A stretch of DNA of 64,000 nucleotides from an uncultured bacterium (GTDB taxonomy: Bacteria > Actinomycetota > Acidimicrobiia > Spongiisociales > UBA5794): NCBI GenBank assembly GCA_963801165.1, contig CAWDDT010000006.1, forward strand, positions 160,001-224,000. The letters run 5' to 3'. The notes beneath the pieces were generated by a model that worked only from the letters and a program-made list of their open reading frames with translations, was not told where the DNA came from and did not search any database. The translations under genes and the position numbers were made by a program. Shown one piece after another: positions 31,502 through 40,855 of the stretch (its first letter is position 1; every line of letters starts with the position of its first letter).

Positions 31502-32037
31502 GCGGATTGCCGATCGAAGCGGGCCCCGCCGTCTTGCGTGAGTGGCGCAGCACGGACCTGGATGCCCTTGTCTCGGAGGCGAACAACCGCGCCGTCTGGC
31601 GCAACCTGACCGACGACTTCCCTCATCCCTACTTCCGGACCGACGGCGAGTGGTGGATATCAGCGTGTCGCGAGCAGCGGCCGCCCCGGGATCTCGTGAT
31701 CAGCGTCGGCGATGATCTGGCAGGTGTGTGCGGGATGACGCTTGGCGAAGGGGTGACCGAACACGTGGGTCTGGTGGGCTACTGGATTGGCGAGCGTCAC
31801 TGGGGGAGGGGCGTGGCGACCGCGGCCCTCAATGCGTTTCTCGACTACGCCTGGGACACGTTCCCGGTGACGCGCCTCGAGGCACGGGTGTTTGCTTGGA
31901 ACCCCGCAAGCGTTCGGGTCCTCGAGAAGAATGGCTTCTCACTCGAGGGCGTACGCCGGAACGCGATCCGTAAGGACGGGGAAACCGTTGACGAGCTCGT
32001 CTTCGGCCTCTTGCGATCGGAAGCGTCAAAACCATGA
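31498..32037 (+). CDS. GNAT (RimJ/RimL-type) N-acetyltransferase
   Basis: FPHPY, VGYWIGERHWGRGVAT, NPASVRVLEKNGF. Confidence 0.9.
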   Translation: MSGLPIEAGPAVLREWRSTDLDALVSEANNRAVWRNLTDDFPHPYFRTDGEWWISACREQRPPRDLVISVGDDLAGVCGMTLGEGVTEHVGLVGYWIGERHWGRGVATAALNAFLDYAWDTFPVTRLEARVFAWNPASVRVLEKNGFSLEGVRRNAIRKDGETVDELVFGLLRSEASKP

Positions 32038-32822
32038 CCAGCAGGGACTACAGGTTCACCCGCCGACCACGCTGGATCGCAGGGCACATCATCGCTCTCG
32101 TCGCCATCATCGTGTTCGTCAACATGGGTCTGTGGCAGATCCGGCGGCTCCACGAGAAGCAGGCGTTCAATAAAATCGTGACGAGCCGCACTACGCAGAC
32201 AGCCCAATCCATCGATGACCTCCTCGCCGAGTATGGACAGGACCAGGACGCCCTCGAGCTACGGTCGGTCGTCGCCAAGGGCGTGTACAACGTCGCCGAC
32301 GAGGTCATTCTGCGCTCGCGCTCGTACAACGGCCTTTCGGGGCACCATGTCCTGACCCCGCTCGAGCTCGGTGACGGACGGGCGATAATCGTCGATCGAG
32401 GATGGGTACCTATCGATCTCGACTCTCCGGGGCGGACTGAGTTCCTACCACCGGACGGCCCCGTTGAAGTGCGCGGGGTACTTCGCAAGACCGAGGTCCG
32501 GGGGAGCTTTGGGCCTGTAGATCCCGCCGAGGGGTTGCTGAGCCAGATCTCCCGGGTCGATATAGCCAGGCTCGACCAACAGACCGAGAGCGAGCTCGTG
32601 CCGGTGTACATAGAGCTTACGGCACAGGAGCCCCCGCAATCGGGTGAGCTACCCGTCATCGTCCCGCTACCGCAGCCATCCGAGGGACCCCACCGCGGGT
32701 ATGCCGTCCAATGGTTCCTATTCACGGGCGTCGTGGTGGTGGGCTACCCGATACTGCTGCGACGAACCGCCGAGACCGAGGCCGAAGCATCGGGCCATAC
32801 CGGCGCGGAGCCGTCCGGGTAG
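32034..32822 (+). CDS. SURF1 family membrane protein
   Basis: MGLWQIRR, HVLTPL, VDRGWVP, H.GYAVQWF. Confidence 0.9.
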   Translation: MTSRDYRFTRRPRWIAGHIIALVAIIVFVNMGLWQIRRLHEKQAFNKIVTSRTTQTAQSIDDLLAEYGQDQDALELRSVVAKGVYNVADEVILRSRSYNGLSGHHVLTPLELGDGRAIIVDRGWVPIDLDSPGRTEFLPPDGPVEVRGVLRKTEVRGSFGPVDPAEGLLSQISRVDIARLDQQTESELVPVYIELTAQEPPQSGELPVIVPLPQPSEGPHRGYAVQWFLFTGVVVVGYPILLRRTAETEAEASGHTGAEPSG

Positions 32823-32865
32823 CTGGTCGCGCAGAACCACGGTCCGCGTCGAGGTGGTCGCAGTC

Positions 32866-33423
32866 CTAGCTCTGCGACTCTTTCCACGCCTTCTTGCGCA
32901 CCTTCAGGTCGGCCAGATCATCAAGCGACTCGACATCGGCGATCGAGGGCCACGTCGGCGCGTACTCCTCCCAACCGTCCGGGCGCACGTCGAACCGGCG
33001 GGCGAGCACGCCGACGTAGATGCGCGCCTTGTACTCACCGAATCCGGGAATCGCAAGCAGGCGGCCCATGAGCTCTCCGGCGTCGCCCGCACCATCCCAC
33101 AGAGACGGCACGGCGCCGCCGTAGAGGTCGCTGATGTGCTCGCATACACCCTGCACCCGTTTCGCCATTGCACCCGGGAAGCGGTGCAGCGCCGGCTTCT
33201 CCTTGAAGAGACCTTCGAGCTTTTCCGGATCCATGGCCGCCAGCGCCGCCGCGTCCAGGGGCTCACCGAGCCTCTCCCGGAGTACAAGCGGACTGGAGAA
33301 CGCCTTCTCGGTGGTGACCTGCTGATGAAGAACGAGCCCGATCAGGAAGGCAAGCGGGTCTGTTGCGATGAGGGCATTGGCCTCCGGATCGGTGGTGAGG
33401 AACAGTTCCCGGGGTGTCTTCAT
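32866..33423 (-). CDS. HhH-GPD-type putative base-excision repair protein
   Basis: DPLAFLIGLVLHQQV..EKAF, PALHRFPGAMA, IPGFGEYKARI, SIADV. Confidence 0.8.
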   Translation of the reverse strand: MKTPRELFLTTDPEANALIATDPLAFLIGLVLHQQVTTEKAFSSPLVLRERLGEPLDAAALAAMDPEKLEGLFKEKPALHRFPGAMAKRVQGVCEHISDLYGGAVPSLWDGAGDAGELMGRLLAIPGFGEYKARIYVGVLARRFDVRPDGWEEYAPTWPSIADVESLDDLADLKVRKKAWKESQS

Positions 33424-33475
33424 GAGGTCTCCCATCTTCTCCGCCCTATGCTGCGCATTCTGGGAAGGAGCGTAG

Positions 33476-34192
33476 ATGACCGAGAAGATCTACTCGACGG
33501 ATGCCTATGCGCGCACGATGGACGCCGTCGTCATCAGGAACGACCGTGACGACAACAGGGTCCTGCTCGATCGAACCGTCTTTTATCCCGGCGGGGGTGG
33601 ACAGCCTCATGACCTGGGCTCTCTGTCGATCGGTGACGACAAACTGGCCGTCGTCCGGGTCACCGCTGACAGCGACGGTGTCTGGCACTGGCTCGAGGGG
33701 AGTCTTCCCGCCGCCGGAACTGCACTGCGGGGGGAACTCGATTGGGAGCGGCGCTACCGCCTGATGCGGACCCACACAGCCATGCATGCGATGTGCGGCG
33801 TGATCTGGCGACGCTATGAGGTACCGGTGACGGGAGGAAACATGGATGTGGGGGAGGGGCGCCTCGACTTCGAACTGCATGACTGGGACCCCGCCCACAG
33901 GCCGGAGGTGGAGGCGGAGCTCAACGCCGAGTTGGCGTCACGCCTCCCTGTTGAGGTTTCCTTCCTTCCCCGGGAGGACGCCGATCAGGATCCCAGCCTG
34001 ATTCGCACCAAGGTCAGCCTGCTACCACCCGATCTGCGTGAGGTGAGGGTCATCGACATCGTCGGGCTGGATCGGCAAGCCGACGGTGGCACCCACGTCG
34101 GCTCCACGGGTGAAGTCGGTTCGATCACGCTGGCAACCGTCAAGTCAAAAGGGCGCGGTTTCCGACGGTTCCGCTTCACCGTCAACGCATAG
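33476..34192 (+). CDS. Alanyl-tRNA editing protein (AlaX family)
   Basis: LDRTVFYPGGGGQPHDLG, MRTHTAMH, ADGGTHV. Confidence 0.9.
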   Translation: MTEKIYSTDAYARTMDAVVIRNDRDDNRVLLDRTVFYPGGGGQPHDLGSLSIGDDKLAVVRVTADSDGVWHWLEGSLPAAGTALRGELDWERRYRLMRTHTAMHAMCGVIWRRYEVPVTGGNMDVGEGRLDFELHDWDPAHRPEVEAELNAELASRLPVEVSFLPREDADQDPSLIRTKVSLLPPDLREVRVIDIVGLDRQADGGTHVGSTGEVGSITLATVKSKGRGFRRFRFTVNA

Positions 34193-34231
34193 TCGGGGCC
34201 GGATCGAGTGAGCCGCTAGCCTGTCGTCACT

Positions 34232-34591
34232 GTGACGAAACCAACCAGGACCGGTCGTTGCGAGTGGTGCGGATTGGAATTCACCCTGCCCGGGGGACCG
34301 GGCCGACCGTCCCGTTACTGTCGCCGGTCCCACCGCCAACGAGCGTACGAGGCCCGGCGGCTTGCCGGAGAGAGGGGCATCCGTCCCGATGAGGTGCTGC
34401 TGGCGCGCCGGACATGGGAGGCCCTGCGCGACGCTCTGTACCGGCTCGAGGCAGCGTCCGAGGACGTTGCTATGGACCTCATGGCGGGGAGACCAACCAA
34501 GACCGAGTACGTCGCAGCCCTGGCGCACCTGACCGCTGCCGTGGGAGATCTCCAGGAGATCGCAGTTGAGCCGATCGCGGTGAGGGACTGA
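34232..34591 (+). CDS. Hypothetical protein with N-terminal putative Zn-binding motif
   Basis: CEWCG...GRPSRYCRRSHRQRAYE. Confidence 0.7.
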   Translation: MTKPTRTGRCEWCGLEFTLPGGPGRPSRYCRRSHRQRAYEARRLAGERGIRPDEVLLARRTWEALRDALYRLEAASEDVAMDLMAGRPTKTEYVAALAHLTAAVGDLQEIAVEPIAVRD

Positions 34592-34604
34592 CCCGACCGC
34601 GACG

Positions 34605-35000
34605 CTACGGCGCGATCCACTCGGCGAACCCGGCCCGAACCTCGCCGCCCTCTGGAGGGCGCATGCGCAGATCCACCGCCGTCCAGACCGTCTTCGAGAA
34701 GGGGTAGAAGAAGATGGGGAACAGCACGGCAGTGCCCGTGACAATGGCGGTGAGTGGCACCACGGGCAGCTCAGGGAACGTAGCGATGAGCCCGACCAGG
34801 CCGACGATGAACACGACGATGATGCTCAAGACGGTGTTGACGCCAAGAGCCCCGGTGAGGTGACCCTCGACACGCTCGAATTTGAGATCGCAGCGGGGAC
34901 AATGCTCCACCATTGCGAACCAGCGGCGAAACAAGTGACCCTGGCCGCAGACGGGACACCGCCTGGTGAATCCCCGCAACAAGAGTCGAGTCAGGATCAA
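34605..35000 (-). CDS. DUF983-like membrane protein with two CxxC motifs
   Basis: RCPVCGQGHLF...CPRC, two TM helices, PFSKTVWTAVD. Confidence 0.8.
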   Translation of the reverse strand: MILTRLLLRGFTRRCPVCGQGHLFRRWFAMVEHCPRCDLKFERVEGHLTGALGVNTVLSIIVVFIVGLVGLIATFPELPVVPLTAIVTGTAVLFPIFFYPFSKTVWTAVDLRMRPPEGGEVRAGFAEWIAP

Positions 35001-35004
35001 CTGG

Positions 35005-35916
35005 CTACTTGGTGAACTTGCCGTCTCTGAGGCGCTCGGCTTCCATCAGCTCGAGCTCGCGGGCGCCTGAGATGGCCACGACAGGATCGGGGGCGAAATC
35101 CAGATCTGTGTTTCGGTTCCTGTACGGCACCGAGTTGAGGATAACTTTCATGGAGTTCAGCCGGGCGAGATGCTTGTTCTCGGAACGGATGATGGTCCAC
35201 GGAGCCACAACGGTGGAGGTTCGCTTCAGCATGTTGTACTTCATCTCGGTGTACTCGTCCCACTTGTCCTGAGCCTGCATATCGACCTCGGACAGTTTCC
35301 ACTGGCGTAGTGGGTCGGATGTGCGTCGCTGGAACCGGTGCTCCTGTTCCGCCTTGGTGACACTGAAGTACAGCTTGACGAGATTGGTGTTCTGACGAAC
35401 CAGGTCCTTTTCGAAGCCGACAACACCTCTGAGAAAGGTCTTGTATTCCTCCTCCGTACAGAAGCCGAGCACTGGTTCCACCATGGCCCGGTTGTACCAC
35501 GACCGATCGAAGAGGACGATCTCCCCACCGGTGGGGAAGTGGCCGACGTAGCGTTGGAAGTACCACTGGTTGCGCTGTTCTACAGTCGGTTTACCAAGTG
35601 CTACCACGCGGTAATGCTTTTCGTTCATGTAGCGGGTAACCCGGCGAATCGTCCCGCCCTTGCCGGCTGCGTCGCGCCCTTCGAAGAGAACGATCATCCT
35701 GATGTTCTCTTCCTCCAGGTAGTCCTGGAGCTTGAGCAGCTCCACTTGGAAGGGACGGAGTTGTCGGTCGAGGTTGTGTTGCCGCTCGGCCTTCTCGGCT
35801 TTGTCGAGTCGTCGCTTGAGGTCCGCCACCTGAGCCCGCAACCTCTCCACCTCGGACAATTCATCGAGGTCGGGGGCAGGAACGGGACGGAAGGGCTTTT
35901 GCTCAGGTGTAGTCAT
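35005..35916 (-). CDS. ppk2: Polyphosphate kinase 2 (class I-like)
   Basis: FEGRDAAGKGG, WYFQRY, FDRSWYNRA, DPLRQWKLS. Confidence 0.92.
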   Translation of the reverse strand: MTTPEQKPFRPVPAPDLDELSEVERLRAQVADLKRRLDKAEKAERQHNLDRQLRPFQVELLKLQDYLEEENIRMIVLFEGRDAAGKGGTIRRVTRYMNEKHYRVVALGKPTVEQRNQWYFQRYVGHFPTGGEIVLFDRSWYNRAMVEPVLGFCTEEEYKTFLRGVVGFEKDLVRQNTNLVKLYFSVTKAEQEHRFQRRTSDPLRQWKLSEVDMQAQDKWDEYTEMKYNMLKRTSTVVAPWTIIRSENKHLARLNSMKVILNSVPYRNRNTDLDFAPDPVVAISGARELELMEAERLRDGKFTK

Positions 35917-36066
35917 CAACACACTCGCCAACGGTCGAAGACCGGCAGGATACAACCGAACCACCGACCATTCAATGCCTGTCACTTTTGGCTCCGCTCC
36001 CTAATCCGTCACAGTGACGCTTTAGCTGATGAGTGAACCGGCAATAGGGAAGGAGGAGTTTTGCCG

Positions 36067-36468
36067 CTATTGGTAGAAGAGGTCGTCGACCGACGCCGTC
36101 CACCGCGACAGCGCAAGACCCAGCATGAAACCGATCGCTCGCAGACAGAGCGTCGCCAACGCCAGGGTGAGGAAGAAGTTCCAAGGCACCGGGGTTCCTG
36201 CGGCGAAGACCATCCCACAGACCGACGAGATCAAGGTGGCCAGCCAGCGATGCATGACGTCTGCCCGGTGCGTCTCGGCCCGGTGCAGCTCGGCCTCACG
36301 TTTGGCTTCGCTCAGTGTCCGGGTTGTTGCCAGCGGCGGGTTGACAACGTGTACGGCGGTCGTCGCCGCCGGCACGTCGGTGTTCAGTACCCAGCGAAAC
36401 GGTGCAGCAGACCGAATGACGTAGCCGTTGGCCCGTAATCCCTCGGTATCGCGTCTCCACTCGAGCAT
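36067..36468 (-). CDS. Hypothetical membrane protein
   Basis: 133-aa ORF with two C-terminal hydrophobic segments; TATTCT -10 box 6 nt before ATG. Confidence 0.6.
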   Translation of the reverse strand: MLEWRRDTEGLRANGYVIRSAAPFRWVLNTDVPAATTAVHVVNPPLATTRTLSEAKREAELHRAETHRADVMHRWLATLISSVCGMVFAAGTPVPWNFFLTLALATLCLRAIGFMLGLALSRWTASVDDLFYQ

Positions 36469-36544
36469 TCATCCAGAATACCGAGGAAATGCCAGAACTG
36501 GGGGGCTTCGAGCACCGCTTCATTCAACCCGTTGTTGTGTTGAG

Positions 36545-36572
36545 AGTGCCCATAATCCACGTTATGTATAGT
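36545..36572. other. XerC/XerD dif-like chromosome dimer resolution site
   Basis: AGTGCCCATAA-TCCACG-TTATGTATAGT: 11-6-11 architecture resembling E. coli GGTGCGCATAA-TGTATA-TTATGTTAAAT; AT-rich and intergenic. Confidence 0.8.
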
Positions 36573-36585
36573 TCAAGGGGTGGTT

Positions 36586-36787
36586 GAGGGTACGGTGACA
36601 TACGCCTCTCCCCTGCCGATCGGGAGGCGTTCACCGCTCGGTACTCTGCCAAGCCCTTCGTCAACTACGGAGCGAGCATCGCCGAACACGTCGAGGTTCC
36701 CGATACGTTGCTTGCTGATCCGGAGCAGTTGGGAGCGTATCTGGCAATGACCCGGGCGTATTGACGCTCCCACCCAAGAAGACGTAG
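36586..36787 (+). pseudogene. Frameshifted, 5'-truncated remnant of a small protein (resembles TfoX-like family)
   Basis: IRLSPADREAFTARYSAKPFVNYGASIAEHVEVPDTLLADPEQLGAYLAMTRAY* with continuation TLPPKKT* in another frame; no start codon; family assignment from memory. Confidence 0.5.
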
Positions 36788-36805
36788 CGCCCCACGGTCG
36801 CCCCT

Positions 36806-36866
36806 TGAGCGCAAGAGACATACCCCGTGAGCTCAAGAGACATACCCCGTGAGCGCAAGAGACATA
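36806..36866. repeat. 22-bp tandem direct repeat, about 2.8 copies
   Basis: TGAGCGCAAGAGACATACCCCG / TGAGCTCAAGAGACATACCCCG / TGAGCGCAAGAGACATA. Confidence 0.9.
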
Positions 36867-36910
36867 AGGTGCGGAGACGAAGTTACGCAGGTTGCGACCG
36901 AGGAGTGCGC

Positions 36911-37330
36911 ATGTTCCATTTCTTCCGCATCTGGATCCTGGTCGTCGGGGTCGCACTGGCAATCGCCGGAACCCTGTTGGTGCTCCTGGCCGGAACACCG
37001 GCGAGCGGGTGGATGAATCGTCTCCTCGATGCCCCGTTCTGGGAAGACGGACCAGACGAGACCACAAAGAGCTTCCAAGCCTGGGCCTACAGCGTGACAT
37101 TTGCCACCATGGCCGGTTGGGGGACGTTGCTCGCGTTCATCGCAGCAAATCCCTTCGCCGCCCGGCAATCATGGGCTTGGTGGGCGATCACGACCAGCTT
37201 GGCCATCTGGTATCCGCTCGACACCGGACGCTCGTTGTATCACCGGGTCTACATCAACGCCATCCTCAACACCGGCCTGCTGGTTGTGCTCGCCGTCCCC
37301 CTCGCTTTCACCTACGGCGGCTTTTCCTAG
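36911..37330 (+). CDS. Hypothetical membrane protein (about 4 TM)
   Basis: AGGAG RBS before ATG 36911; hydrophobic; WYPLDTGRS. Confidence 0.7.
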   Translation: MFHFFRIWILVVGVALAIAGTLLVLLAGTPASGWMNRLLDAPFWEDGPDETTKSFQAWAYSVTFATMAGWGTLLAFIAANPFAARQSWAWWAITTSLAIWYPLDTGRSLYHRVYINAILNTGLLVVLAVPLAFTYGGFS

Positions 37331-37442
37331 GAGGCGTCCAGCCAGCAACGCGACGAGTCGCGTCGGTTCGGGCGTTGCCAGGGAGATTCCGCGCATCGCC
37401 GCGAAGTGACGGCGACTCGGCCGGGGTCTACGCTGTCTTGCA

Positions 37443-38111
37443 ATGTGCTTCTCGCCGGAGGTTGACCTCATCGGCGGTGCTGCGATCGCGGCCATTGGCA
37501 TCGACACACTGCGCCATGTTGAACACAGGAGCGAACGCCCCCTTGCGATCCTCCCTATTGTGTTCGGCCTCCATCAGGTAACCGAGTCCTTTGTGTGGTG
37601 GGGTCTTGATGGACACGTGGCCTCCAATGTGGGTGATGCTGCGGCCTGGCTATATCTGGTAGTGGCGTTTGGCTTGCTCCCCTGGTTTGTCCCCTGGACG
37701 ATCCGTCGCCTGGAGCCAGACCACCGCAAGCGTGCGTACGTCTCTGCTCTTGTCGCGGCGGGCGTATTGGTGAGCATCTACTTGATCATCCCCGTCATCA
37801 ATGGACCGATTCGAGTGGTGGACGGCGGCTTCTATCTCGCATACTCCGTGTCACTCACCTTCGGCGGGGCCGCCACCGCGATCTACGTCGCAACTACTTG
37901 TGGACCTCTCCTCATTTCGTCAGACCGCTATCTGGTTCGGTACGGGATGGCCAATCTCGGTGCTGTCGCGGTCTTGTCCATTCTGATGGTGTCGGGGGTC
38001 ATCTCGCTCTGGTGCGTGTGGGCGGCGATAACCAGCATCGCAATCGCCGTGCATCTCCGACGTACCGACAAACACCGCGGGCGTTTCCCTCTGGTGTTGC
38101 GGCCGCTGTAA
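37443..38111 (+). CDS. Multi-pass membrane protein (MCFS... family, DUF6629-like)
   Basis: MCFSPEVD, HQVTESFVW, SLWCVWAA. Confidence 0.75.
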   Translation: MCFSPEVDLIGGAAIAAIGIDTLRHVEHRSERPLAILPIVFGLHQVTESFVWWGLDGHVASNVGDAAAWLYLVVAFGLLPWFVPWTIRRLEPDHRKRAYVSALVAAGVLVSIYLIIPVINGPIRVVDGGFYLAYSVSLTFGGAATAIYVATTCGPLLISSDRYLVRYGMANLGAVAVLSILMVSGVISLWCVWAAITSIAIAVHLRRTDKHRGRFPLVLRPL

Positions 38112-38378
38112 GCAAGCGTCTAGCAGGCCGCAGGCTTCCATCGAGTGATTCACCGTCCCCGGCAACGGCGGGACCCGGGCGGCCCATTGGTAACGCCACC
38201 CGAGCCGGCCCGCGCCGTGGTTTGCTCCACCGCACGATGGCGCCCCGCATCCCCACGATATGGCCTGAACGGCTCTAGTCGTCCGATCCAGATCGCCGGA
38301 TCATCGCGCCAGAAGGAGGTCAACCTGTCCACGACAGGTTCGGTCACATCTTCAAGCAGGGGCGAAAGGGAAATCGAC

Positions 38379-39056
38379 ATGACCAGACCGAAACGTCGCA
38401 AGCAAGCGACACTTACCGCGTTGGTTGGCAGCGTGATTGCGCTCCAGATACTGGGCCGTACCTCCGGGTCAACCCGGGCCGAGCGGCGCTCCACAATGCC
38501 GGGCGACTGCATAGTGCCACGCCCCAACCTATCGACTACACACGCCACCACGATCGCGGCGCCACCCGAGTGTGTATGGCCCTGGCTGATCCAGATGGGA
38601 TGGCACCAGGGCGGCTTCTACACATCGCCGCTGATCGATCGAGTTCTCTTCCCGGTGAATGCCCCTTCCGTCGACTACGTCATCCCGGAGCTGCAGACTC
38701 GCGAGGTGGGCGACTTCATCCCGGACGGACCGCCGGAAGCAGAGTGCGGCTATACGATCGCGGGGCTCGAGTACGAGCGGTCCCTAGTTCTTCACTCACA
38801 ATCGCACCTTCCGCTCGCCTGGAGACAACGTCTCGGAGCCCGACTCGACTGGACGTGGGACTTCCAGCTGGCGCCGGTGGATGCCGGCACACGCTTGATC
38901 TTCCGTGCCCGCGGAGTCACGGGCCCGTGGTGGGTCTGGGCTCTGTACCAGCTGGTGGTTGTGCCTGCCGACTACATCATGGCGACGCAGATGATGCGAG
39001 GGGTGGCACGGCGTGCCGAGAGGCTCGCCGCTAATTCGCCGATGGCGGTGCCCTAG
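38379..39056 (+). CDS. SRPBCC-like protein
   Basis: MPGD.IVP...TTHATTIAAPPECVWPWLIQMG...GGFY; TRLIFR; start approximate. Confidence 0.75.
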   Translation: MTRPKRRKQATLTALVGSVIALQILGRTSGSTRAERRSTMPGDCIVPRPNLSTTHATTIAAPPECVWPWLIQMGWHQGGFYTSPLIDRVLFPVNAPSVDYVIPELQTREVGDFIPDGPPEAECGYTIAGLEYERSLVLHSQSHLPLAWRQRLGARLDWTWDFQLAPVDAGTRLIFRARGVTGPWWVWALYQLVVVPADYIMATQMMRGVARRAERLAANSPMAVP

Positions 39057-39097
39057 CTGATCGACCGACTCTTTCTGATGGCAGCGGCTGTTGGCCC

Positions 39098-40855
39098 CTA
39101 GTCGGCGGCGAGATTGTCCGCGGCGAGATTGTCGGCGAGATCGGTCAGCTCCAGCCAACGTGTCTCTGCCTCATCGACGGCATCGGTCGCGGCTGCGAGT
39201 GCCTGGGAGAGCTCTACAACGCGAGCAACATCCCATGCCTCTTCGGTCAGCCTGCTCGAGAGCCGATCTCGTTCGGCTTCGAGCTTGGGGATATCACGTG
39301 TCAACCGGTCGAGCTCACGTTGATCGTTGTATGTCAGTCGACGGGCTTTCCTTGTCGGCCGGGTGGTCGTGGCGACGGTCGGTTGAACGGTCTTGGCCGC
39401 GGCAAGCATGCTGTCTCGATACGCGATCCATCCGCCCGGATGGTGGCGCACCGAGCCGTCAGGGTCGATCGAGAAGATGTCGGTGCAAGTCCGCTCCAGG
39501 AAGTAGCGGTCGTGACTGGCGACCACAAGGGCCCCGTCCCATGCATCGAGATACTCCTCGAGCACACTGAGCGTGTCGATATCCAGATCATTGGTTGGCT
39601 CATCGAGCAGCAGCAGGTTTGGTGCTTCCATGAGGCTCAACAACAACTCGAGCCTGCGCCGCTCCCCTCCCGACAGATCGCCTACTTCGGCTTGTTGCTG
39701 GTCACGGCTGAACAAGAATCGCTCGAGCAATTGGGCCCCTGAGACTCGGACGCCGCTCTTCAGGAACACTCCCTCGAGATGCTGGCGAACTGCGTCGTGA
39801 AGCCGCATCGTGGGAGGGATCGGTCGCGGGTCCTGGCCGTACCAGCCAACCTGGACGGTGGTTCCTGTTGACACCTTCCCTTCATCTGGTTCGAGCCGGC
39901 CCGCAACCAGGCTCAACAGAGTCGTCTTTCCCGCACCGTTGGGCCCGACCACACCAATACGGGCATCGGAGTGCAACTTGTACTCGACGTGCCGGACCAC
40001 CCATTGGTCGCCGTAGCTTTTGCCGACGTTGTGCAGGTCGACGACCTTCGACCCGAGACGCCTGGTCGGCAGATCGATGGTCAGGTCCTTGCGGGTGTCG
40101 TTTCTCTGCTCAGCCATCAGGTCGTGTGCCCTATCGATGCGGGCTCGCGATTTCGTGGTCCGTGCTTTCGGCGACCGACGCAGCCAGGCGAGTTCGGTCT
40201 TGATCCGTCGTTGCAGCCGGTGAGCCGCCGCCGTTTGCTGGGCATCACGAGTGGCAACCGCTTCGAGATAGCCCTGATATGTCCCCTGGTGGGAGTACAG
40301 CGACTGATCATGAACCTCGAGGACACGATTAGCGACCCTGTCGAGGAGAAATCTATCGTGCGTTACGAGGAGAACCGCCTCTCTCCTACCTCGCAGGTGG
40401 TCCTCCAGCCAATCGATGGAGTCGACATCCAGATGGTTGGTTGGCTCATCGAGTATCAGTAGATCGCACTCGGTTGCCAGGGCGACCGCCAACGCAAGTC
40501 GCTTCCGCTGGCCACCCGAGAGAGATGAACAAAGAGCCCCGGTGTCGGCCAATCCCAGGCGATGTGCCAGGGAAATGACTGGTCGGTCTGAACCGAGTAC
40601 ACCGGCGATCGTGTCGCTGCTGTCGAATTGGGGGTCCTGATCGAGGCGAGCGATCCGCAGGTCGCGAGCGCGGACGACGCCTCCTGAGTCGGGTTGGATG
40701 TCTCCGGCGATGAGCGCAAGCAGCGTCGACTTCCCCGACCCGTTCCGCCCGATGATGCCGATTCGTTCGCCCGCGCTGATACCTACCGAGATGTTTGACA
40801 AGACAGGATTCTCAGGGAACGCCTTCGAAACGTTCTCCAGGCTGAGCAAGTGCAT
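39098..40855 (-). CDS. ABC-F family ATP-binding protein (Uup-like)
   Basis: Two ABC cassettes (GRNGSGKST/LSGGQ/DEPTNHLD; GPNGAGKTT/LSGGE/DEPTNDLD), PKARTTKS linker, coiled-coil C-terminus, no TM segments. Confidence 0.92.
   Translation of the reverse strand: MHLLSLENVSKAFPENPVLSNISVGISAGERIGIIGRNGSGKSTLLALIAGDIQPDSGGVVRARDLRIARLDQDPQFDSSDTIAGVLGSDRPVISLAHRLGLADTGALCSSLSGGQRKRLALAVALATECDLLILDEPTNHLDVDSIDWLEDHLRGRREAVLLVTHDRFLLDRVANRVLEVHDQSLYSHQGTYQGYLEAVATRDAQQTAAAHRLQRRIKTELAWLRRSPKARTTKSRARIDRAHDLMAEQRNDTRKDLTIDLPTRRLGSKVVDLHNVGKSYGDQWVVRHVEYKLHSDARIGVVGPNGAGKTTLLSLVAGRLEPDEGKVSTGTTVQVGWYGQDPRPIPPTMRLHDAVRQHLEGVFLKSGVRVSGAQLLERFLFSRDQQQAEVGDLSGGERRRLELLLSLMEAPNLLLLDEPTNDLDIDTLSVLEEYLDAWDGALVVASHDRYFLERTCTDIFSIDPDGSVRHHPGGWIAYRDSMLAAAKTVQPTVATTTRPTRKARRLTYNDQRELDRLTRDIPKLEAERDRLSSRLTEEAWDVARVVELSQALAAATDAVDEAETRWLELTDLADNLAADNLAAD

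Noticed and set aside
36806-36866. CRISPR array (also considered for 10175-10350, 50865-50906 and the 390-bp repeats)
   Set aside because: The repeats are contiguous with no unique spacers, and no cas genes are present.
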